From positions 2,759 to 66,758 of the forward strand of contig CALMAI010000002.1 of assembly GCA_937858825.1 (NCBI GenBank): a stretch of DNA of 64,000 nt. Reading direction: 5' to 3'. The position numbers and the translations under genes are program-made. The notes under the pieces are model-generated. The model was not told where the DNA came from and searched no databases. It saw nothing but the letters and a program-made list of their open reading frames with translations. The DNA comes from an uncultured Candidatus Peregrinibacteria bacterium (GTDB taxonomy: Bacteria > Patescibacteriota > Gracilibacteria > UBA1369). Each line of letters begins with the position of its first letter. Position 1 is the stretch's first letter. This document shows positions 54,222-63,800 of the stretch, one piece after another.

Positions 54222-54797
54222 ATGTCTGTTTACCTCAGCCGCAGTCCTTATCTTGCATCGTACGGGCATGGATCCCGAAAAAAATCCCTCTTTAAGAAGC
54301 GTGCTACACGGCAGCGACGTTTGTGGGATAGTTCCTCTTTTTCTGGAATGAGTCGTGTGAAAAAGCGATCAACCGGTAATCTTTTGAGTGAGTTGAAGAC
54401 GCAAACCAAGGTTGGAGCGGCAGCGACGACCAGTGTTGTGCGGAAAAGTGCTGAAACGGTAACAGGAATGGCTCATGCCATGAAGAATGTTGGGAGTAAG
54501 AAGGTGAAGTTTGAGATTGGACCGCGATTTGTGATTATTGGTCTTCTGGGAATGGTTGCATTCCTGAGTTTTGCGTATCTGGCGCATTTTCATACTGTTG
54601 CGACAAAGGGATATGAACTCCGGCGTTTGGAGGCCGATCGGCAGCAGCTTTTGAATCAGTATGAGATTAAGAATATGCGTCTGGCAGAGATGCAGTCGCT
54701 TACAACAATTGTTGAGAGTGAAAAGGCGAACTCTATGCGCCGGGCGAATCAGATTGAGTTTGTTCGTGGAAATTCCGCTCTTGCTTCAAACCCGTAA
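54222..54797 (+). CDS. FtsL-like single-pass membrane protein (tentative)
   Basis: Position directly after rsmH. One TM helix (FVIIGLLGMVAFLSFAYLAHF) followed by a coiled coil (ELRRLEADRQQLLNQYEIKNMRLAEMQ). Confidence 0.45.
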   Translation: MSVYLSRSPYLASYGHGSRKKSLFKKRATRQRRLWDSSSFSGMSRVKKRSTGNLLSELKTQTKVGAAATTSVVRKSAETVTGMAHAMKNVGSKKVKFEIGPRFVIIGLLGMVAFLSFAYLAHFHTVATKGYELRRLEADRQQLLNQYEIKNMRLAEMQSLTTIVESEKANSMRRANQIEFVRGNSALASNP

Positions 54798-54825
54798 TTC
54801 AGTGATGACTTGAGACGGATGTACA

Positions 54826-54865
54826 GAAAAGAACCCATCATGATGATGGGCTCTTTTTGTTTTTA
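54826..54865. terminator. bidirectional rho-independent terminator
   Basis: aaagaacccatca / tgatgggctcttt stem with one mismatch, followed by ttttgttttt. Lies between convergent genes. Confidence 0.5.
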
Positions 54866-54871
54866 AAGGTT

Positions 54872-57800
54872 CTAGGTTGCCGGAGTTCTGGTGAGGTCGA
54901 AGGTGAGAGTGACCTGGTATGATCCGGCCAGCTGGAATGCAGGGATCTGGAGGTAGTATTGGATGTTTTGTTTGAACTGTCCGCTACGACCAACTTCTGC
55001 AATGGTTACTGGTGCGAGCATGATGTCGATAATAGAATCGAGGTTGTCACCGTTGGTGGTGAATGTTGATGCTGCGTCGAGGTTGCCGGCGGTGTTATTG
55101 TTTTGTGGCGCAGTGATGTTGGTGACACCAGCATAGCCGCTGTCGTACTCAACTCCACCAGTCTGGGTTCCACCGGTGTTTGATGCCTGTGTTACGGCAT
55201 AGAATCCTGTGAGCGGAATCTGTTCTGAGGTTACAGAGTCTTCGAACGCGCTTGCCTGAAGCTGAAGGGTGAATCCTCCTGCGTTTTCTGTGTCGGTGAC
55301 TACAGCAACGTCGTTAACGTTGAGAGTGTATGGTGTTGCGGAGCCGATACTAAAGATCTCTTGTGAGCTTGTTGCACTGGTGATTGCCGGGAAGGCAAAG
55401 TCGTCTGGGGCGGTGATGGTCAGAACACCTGGATTTGGTTCGATTTCGATCTGGAGACACTGTTGGTTTGGTCCGACAATACAGGTGAACTCTACATCGG
55501 CTGTTCCAATAAGGATTGGTGCTCCGGTTACATCGTTTCCGGTAAAGGTAACGTTGTCGACCGTTGTGGATCGGACATCGAAGGTTGCTTCACCATTTAC
55601 GTCAGTGACGTCGGTTGGGTATGGTGGTGGAGTAGCGTAGCCAACGTATTCGATCTGGCTTACGGCCTGGTCATCAGAGAGTTCTACTGTTCGTCCTGGG
55701 ACAGGGTTGTTGAAGGCGTCGCGGAGAGTAATCGTAATGGTGCTGGTCTGTACTCCATCGGCTACAACTGATGTTGGGTTGGCAACAATGGTTGAGTTTC
55801 CTGCGTCAACGCTTCCTGCTGTGAAGGTTACTTGTGGTTGCTGTGTAACCCCTGGAGTGACAGGTCCTGTTAAAGGATTGTACAGACGGGTGGCTTCGGA
55901 GTCTCCAAAGATACTGTTATCGTACGTTGAGATTTCGTCCGGTTCAGAGCTGGCGGTGCTGTCGTACATTCCGATGCGGGCTGTTTGTCCATCGTTTGAG
56001 AAGTAGTGGAATTCAACAGTGTTGTTTTGGTAAAGGATGATTTCAAAGAAGATTGGATTGCTGGTTCCGGCGTCTTGAGCGTCCCAAAGGAATCGGACAC
56101 TGTTATTGTCGCTCGCAACCTCCCGGTAAATTCCACCGCTGGTAGTGTCGAGGTCCCGGAAGAATCCGGCAATGGCATTACTGAGGGATCCGGAAGATGG
56201 ACATCCGGTTGAAGCAAGGCTAATGAATCCGTTACTACAAACGTAGATATTGGTTGAAGCCGGCACGTTGGTTCCAAAGAGTTCAAAGTCGAATGGAAGG
56301 GTTGTTGTGGCTTCAACATCATCTCCCTGGCTTCCGGCAATAAGGCTTGAGGCGGTTCCCGGGTAGTCGTTTACAAATGTTTGAGAGGCCAACTCTTCGT
56401 AAGAAGTTTTTTCGTAATAAAGACTATTCCGATTTGGAGTGAAAGTTGCGGGTTGTGCTGCTGTGCTGGTGACGTCGAAGTCGGCTACACCGCTGCTGTT
56501 GGTGTTTTCAGTGGCAGAAACAGGGGAGTAGGTTGTAGCGGTTCCATCGTCGGTGACAGTGACTGATTGTCCGGTGATGAATCGTCCGAGTGAGTCCACA
56601 ATGGTTGCGGTAAGAGTGCTTGGAGTTGATCCGTCGGCGGCAACCGTTCCCGGCGCGCTGGTAAAGGTTGAGTCGTCCAGGTCAGGATAGTCAGCAATGA
56701 ATTCAACGCTTGCTGTTTGTGTCATTGCCGCAGGAATGCTGGTGATTGTAGCAGTATAGGTATTGCTTCCAGGAGTTGTGATGTCTTCTGAGTGGATGGC
56801 AAAACATGCTTCACCATTTAAGTTGGTGGTTCCCTTAGTTATAACACCAACATCGGACTGGTCGCAGTTAACAGCACTAATGGTTGTTGTTCCTGATCCA
56901 CCAGTTTGAGCAACAGTTACGACTTCACCTTCAACAGGTGATCCTCCTCCATCGTTTACGGTTGCGGTAAGGATGTTGGTTGTTACTCCATTGGCGATAG
57001 TAGTAGCTGAAGATGGAACAAAGGTTGAGGTTGTTTCGTCTGGATCACCAACATAGGTGAATCCGTTTGTTAATGTGTCTGATTGAGTGTCTGGGTTGGT
57101 GACGGTTACATCTACGGCTCCAAGAGCGTGGGCTGGGGTTTCACATGTGAGGGTGGTGCTGTTGATGTAGACGATATTGTTACAGCTGATTCCATCAAAG
57201 GTGATTTGTGGTGGGTTGGTTGTTTGAGCTCCAAGAGATGTTGATGCCTGGTTTCCAGAAAGGGCATACTTGGTATCCAAATACTCTTCTACTGCTTCCC
57301 GGTCGGTTGTAGAGAGGTTTCCGCTGAAAATAATGGTTTCAGCAAGGTCCATGTTAACGTATGGACTGTTGTCCATTTCTCGTCCGATTTCAATTTCGGT
57401 TGTACCGGTGTTGATTGATGTTGGGCTATGGGTGCTTTGGAGGCTTCCATTAATGTATTGTTCAAGTGTGTTGCTTCCGTTTCCGGCAAAGACTGATGTT
57501 TGGATGTTCCATCCGGTTCCGTTGGCAAAGAGTCCGCTATCATAGTCGGTTCCCCATCCCTGAACAAAGAAGTTTCCATTAAATCCTACAACGTTTCCGT
57601 AGACTCCATTTGATGCGGTTGTACCGTAGGAGACACCTCCCCATCCGACACTTTGGTAGTCTACAACATTGAAGAATGTTCTGGTTGCGGCGCCTGTTGG
57701 GAGTCCGGTGAATCCGGTTCGACCCATAGACTGGTTGACTCCGTTAAAGCTTACGGCTGGGAGACCATTTACGATGTTGGTGATCCAGGTTGGATTAAGA

Positions 57801-60800
57801 TTGTTGGTTGTTACGTCGTTGTTGTTGCTTGATTGGTCGGTCCAGCTGGTTACCGGGTCGTTGTTGGTTGTGGCGTCGGTTCCTTCGTTGGCTTTGAGCC
57901 AGAATTCTACATTACTGCTGAGTACTGGGAATACTGCTGCAAGGCTGCTTTCTGAAGACCGGCTACTGTCGCCGTAGTTGATGATGATATCTTTTCCGGC
58001 GATAGGAATGTTTGGAACAAGCGCCCAAATAATGGTGTCGTTCGAGTTGCAGTCTTCAACCCAGTAGCTAAGTGGGGTAATTCCATTTGAATCGTAGACG
58101 CGGATGTCGCCACAATCACTCTTCATTTCTGTTGCTGTAATAAGCGATGCGGTATCCAATATGATTGGGACGGCATAGTTGGTGAGGATTCCACCGGTTG
58201 GATTTGTAATTGAGGCTGTCTGGTTATATCCACCATCTATAAAGTTGGATCCGAGAATGAGTACTGGAGTTCCTCCAGCAGCTGGGCCATTGTCTGGGTT
58301 GACGCTGCTTACTACTGGTGGCGCGTTGGTGACAGTGAAGTAGTCTGTGAGGGTGTCGGTACCTCCGTCCGGGTTGGTTACAACAACATTCCATGCACCA
58401 ACAGCGGCTCCGGTGATTGGAAGATCACAGGTGAACTGTGTGGTGTTCACGAATGCGGTGTTTGTACAGTTGATGTCTGTTTGTCCGTTTCTTGTGAGTT
58501 TTCCGGTAATTCCAGAAAGGAAATCGGTACCGTTGAGCTGAATGCCTACAAGGGTTGCGTTATTTTCACCAGTTGTTGGGTTGGTTGATGTGAGTGTTGG
58601 TGGCGGATTATAGGTGAATCCGTTTGTTAGTGTGTCAGATTGTGTGTCTGGGTTGGTGAGGACAACATCTACGGCTCCAAGAGCATGAGCTGGAGTGTCA
58701 CAGGTTACTTCTGTGCTATCAACGAATGTGATGTTGCTACAAGATGTTCCGTCGAATGTGACATCAAGGAGATGCGATTCCGCGTTTGCAGATGAGGTTG
58801 GGTCCGGGTTTGAGTAGTTTCGGACCATGAGTGAGTTTGGATCTGAGTTCAGCGATTCTCCAAGGCCGTTATAGAGGTCCTGAACCTCTGCCTGGGTGAG
58901 AGCTCGGTTTGAAACGAATACTTCATCAAATGAACCAGTAAAGTAGTCTGTGGCGGTTCCGCCATCCCAGTCTTGTCCAACAGTGAATCGTCCATTGGTG
59001 TCTGGTCTTTCTGTGGTTGTAAAGGTTGCTGCCGGATTTCCGTTGAGATAGAGAACACCGTTATTTGATGAGTCGATGGTAACAACAACATGATTCCATT
59101 GTCCCAGGGTTGCTTCTACGTCTGCATATTGGTGTGCTGCAATAACATCGTCGTAGTATGAGAATTTGTTTGTTTCAGGATTGTTCCACCATACCTGGTT
59201 TTCATTTGCTCCTGCGCTGGTGTGGAATCCAAATGCAAATGAACTGGTTGAGATGTCTGGATTGATCCATGCTCCAAAGGTTACTTCATTGGTTGTCATG
59301 TCTGGAGGGATGCTGTCCGCGCGCATGTAATCGCCGGAACCGTCGTAGTGGACTGCCGTTCCTTCATATCCACTTACCCAGGTTGGATTTCCAAAGAATG
59401 TTCCGTCGCTATCGTTTCCAGAGAAGTCACAAACATCTTCTCCGCCAGTACAGGTGTTGTCTGAACCTTCATTTGAAGGGAAGTGAGCAACGATGCTTGA
59501 ACTGTCGATTTCACGAACAAAGGTGTTGGCACTGCTGCTATCTGAAATGAGCGTACTGTCACCATATGTTGCATAAATGGTTTTTGCAGGTGATCCGTTT
59601 GGAATAGATGGGATCTTTACCCAGAGCAATGTGGCAGCATTGTCACATGGGCCTTCAATGTAATAGTCGAGGTTGTTGTTGAGGTCTGAATCTACTAGGC
59701 GGAGGTCGCTACAGTCTGCGTTCATGTTTCCAGCTGCAATTGGGGTGGCAGTGTCGAGGGTGAGTTGAACCTGATAGTCGGTAAGGGCTCCTCCGGTATT
59801 GGTGATTTCGTATGGTACGCCATAGGTGCTGTAGAAGTTGGTTCCTCCAATGCTGACATTGGTTCCGCCAGAAGTTGGGCCGTTGTCTGGGGTAACACTT
59901 ACAACGTCTGGCGCAGGCCGTGTAATAGTGAAGTAGTCTACGAGTGTGCCCGTTTGTGTGTCTGGGTTTTCAATAACAACATTCCAATCTCCTGTTTCTG
60001 CTCCGGTGAGTGGCAGATCGCAGGTGAACTGTGTTGAATTGATGAATGCGGTATTTGTACAGTTGATGTCGGTTTCGTTATCTCTTGTGAGTCGACCAGT
60101 GATTCCAGAGATAAAGTCGGTACCATTGAACTGTACACCTACAAGGGTTGCATTATTTTCACCAGTTGTAGGGTTGGTTGATGTGAGGGTTGGTGGGGGA
60201 TTATAGGTGAATCCACTTGAGAGAGTGTCTTGTTGTGCGTCTGGATTGGTGACTACAACATCGACTGCGCCAGCGGCATGGGCTGAGGTGTCACAGGTGA
60301 GGGTGGTCGCGTTGACGTAAGCAGTATTGCTACATAGTGTTCCATCAAATTCGACAACAGTAAAATTGTTGGTTTCTGTTCCAACCGAGGTGGTTGGTTC
60401 ATTGCCGGTAATAGCGTATTTACTATCAATGTAGCGTTCGATTTCTGGTTGTTCTACTGAGTTGATTGCGTCGTTGAATACAATCAATTCGGCAATGTTT
60501 CCGTCAAAATTGGTTTGGCTTGTAGCATCTCCAATCCAGATGGTGGCACTTGCTGTGTCTTCGGTGTTTCCATCTGTCTGGAATGATGTTGTTGAGTCGA
60601 GCAATGCCCCATTACTGTAGAGAGAGGCGTTGCTGTTAGCGAAGTTAAGGATTGCAGTTTCAAAAGTATAGATTCCAGTGTTTACTGTTCCTCCGGAAAC
60701 GGCCTGATATGCATCGGCATCAAGTCGGCGTCCACCCATTTCAAAGATGGTACCGTTTCGGGTGAGTCCGGCTCGTGCTGCTGTTGCACTTGCTGTTGAA

Positions 60801-63800
60801 GCGAGGAAAATGTATTCGCTGGCACCAGTTGTATCTGATTGTGCTACAGATATAACAGAGGTTCCTGTTACATTGCGAAGGAGGTTAAGATTACTAAACT
60901 GGAAGTAGTCTTCAACTCCATCAAAGACAAGTGTTGGAAGTCCATTAAGGCTGGCTGGAAGGTATCCTGCTGCGTTGGCAGGGATTGCGGTAACATTGTT
61001 TCCATTACCAGATTGATCGGAAAGGGTGGTTACTGAACCATAAGTACAGTCGCCACTACACATTTCGATATTATTTATTTGTGTTCCGGTGTCATAAAGG
61101 CTTGCAAGACCATAGAGAGTAGCGGTAGGCGCTACAGAGCTGACATAGAACTCTTCACCATTTTTTCGGTAAACAACGACACCATCTTTTGATTCAACAC
61201 TTAAGACGTCTGTATCGGTGTAGCTGCCAAAAGATCCTCTGCTCGCTCCATTTTCATAAACGTTGAGTGTTCCGTCGTTAGCATAGAGAGCAAAGTCGAT
61301 ATAAATATAGTTTCCGACGTTTGCCGCATCCACATCCAGTCCAACCATTGCCCGTTGAGTTCCAGATGTTGGAGCCTGGAAGGTTATGATTCCGTCTCCG
61401 GTGAAGGATTCGTTGGTTGAAAATCCTCCAGACCATCCTGTGGCGCCGGTTTTTGTGACATTGTTTCCGTTTGTAGTAACTCCCACTGTCTGGTTGAATG
61501 TGACGGCTGATGATTCAGAAGCAACGATGCTGTTAGCTTTTAACCAGGCTACATTGTTTGCACTGGCAAGGCTTGGGAATGTGCCTGCGAGGTTACTGTT
61601 GGAAGTGAGTGTTGGGGTTCCGTAGGTTACAAAAATGTCTTTGGTTCCATTTGGAACAGAAGGAACAACTGCCCAAATCACTGTGTGGTCGCTGTCACAA
61701 GGTCCATCAATCCAGTAGGTGAGATCGGAAAGATCTGAATCTTTCACACGGATGTCGCTACAATCGGCATTCATGTGGGACGCGTCGATAGCAGATTTTG
61801 TGTCGAGCTGGAAGTTGATCTGATGGTTTGTGAGGGCGCTACCGCCATTGTTGATGGTGACGATGTTTTTATATCCATCGTTTACAAAGTTGGTTCCTGT
61901 AATTGTTACTGCGGTTCCACCGGAGACTGGTCCGTTGTCGGGATTTACATTGGTAATGTTTGGTGGAGCCTGATTGACAGTGAATCCATCAACGAGGATG
62001 TCGGTAAGGGTGTCTGGATTTTCAACAACAACATCCCATGTTCCGAGTGCTGCGCCGCTGATATCAAGATCACAGGTAAACTGTGTGCTGTTTATAAAGT
62101 TGACACTGGTACAGACAATGTCTGATTCTCCGGTCTTTTGGAGTCGACCGGTGATACCACTTACAAAGTCGGTACCGTTGAAGGTGACATTGTAAATTTG
62201 ATTGTTGATTCCGTTGTCAGGTGTGATGCTCGTGACATCTGGTGGTATCCGGTATTCGTAAAGGCTTGGGTCAAGGTCACCAATGGTGCTGCTTCCGCCA
62301 AGGGTTCCGTCAAAGTTTCCGATTTCAACGTCTACAAATCCAACAGGGTGGGCAGGGGTGTCTGCAGTTACTGTTGTATTGTTTACGAATGTGATGTTTG
62401 TTGCTGGCAGGGCATCAAGTTCTACATAGAGGTTGGCACCTGTTTCTGCCTGAACGGATGGAATTGGTTCGTATGAAACAACATTGCGAATGAATATCCA
62501 ATCCCATTCTGCATCGTAGCTTTGAGTGTAGACGCCATTGTCATACCGTTCGCCAAGTGCGATTTTTTCGTTGATAGCTCCGTTATCATTGTCGGTTACA
62601 GAGTGAATTGATGCTCCGGTGCTAAAGTTTTCGATTTCGTACGTTGCGGATGTTCCGCTCATAGTCATGCGGTAGCGGAGATCTGTAGCGAGAGGGATTA
62701 TATCGCTTCCAATACTAATGTAGCTGGAATCTTCTCTATAGTAGTCGGTTCCTGGGTGATTGAGGTAACCTGCACCGTTACTGGTGCTTTCAAAGAATCC
62801 AAGTGGGGTGTATCCGTTTCCTGGCAGACTGTTAGTGATATGTTTTGCTTCAAGAATGTAATCTCCGGTGTAGGCGTTAATTGAAGCGAGACGGTTGTTG
62901 TTGGTTCCTGTACTGGTAAGGACACCATTTGCGACTGCAAACTGGCCGGTGTCCGCTTCCCATTTCGTTGTGTCTACAGATCCACCACTAAAGTCGTCGC
63001 AGAATGTGAAGACATCTTCACAACTTGCAGAACTTGAAAGGTTGAGATTTCCATAAGTCATGTAGATGCTGAGGAATCCACTTGCAGGAATGGACGGAAT
63101 TTTTGTCCAGATTCGAGTATTTGCTGTGTTACAGGTTCCTTCTTCCACCCAGTAAGGGAGGTTGCTGATCTGGTTGTTGTCTTTAATGCGGATGTCACCA
63201 CAGTCGCTGCGCATTTTTCCTGCTGCAATTTCTGTTGCAGTATCGAAAGTGAACGAAGCTTCATAGTTGGTGAGTGCTGAGGCTGAAGGTGTGTTGTCGA
63301 AAGAGATTTCCCGTCGGTAGTAGTTTGGTCCAAAGTTGACTCCGCTGAGTGTGACATTGGTTCCACCGGTTGTTGGTCCAGCATTTGGGTTAATGCTTAC
63401 CAAGCTTGGATCGGCAAAAATGTAAGCTCCTGAAAGTACATTTGAGACTTGTCCTGTTGGGTTGATAGCTTGCACGTCGATTGTTCCTGTCGGGTGAGCA
63501 GCGGTGGTTGCAACGATTTCGGTGTCGCTATTCCAAATGACCTGGTCAGCATCGTATCCATCAAAGGTAACATTGACCGGGTCAATGAATCCGGTACCGG
63601 TAATGGTGACTTCTGTTCCTCCGGCAGTTGACCCTTGAGTTACATCAAGGGATATAATGGTTGGAGCTGGAGGATTAACGGTAAATGGATCGCTTGAAGC
63701 GAAGGTGAGTGTTGGAACGGATGATGTGTCGGTTGCGCGGAGGACAACGTCAGTCTCTGCTGTGTCGTAGGTAACACCGGAAATGGTTGCCTGGCTTTGT

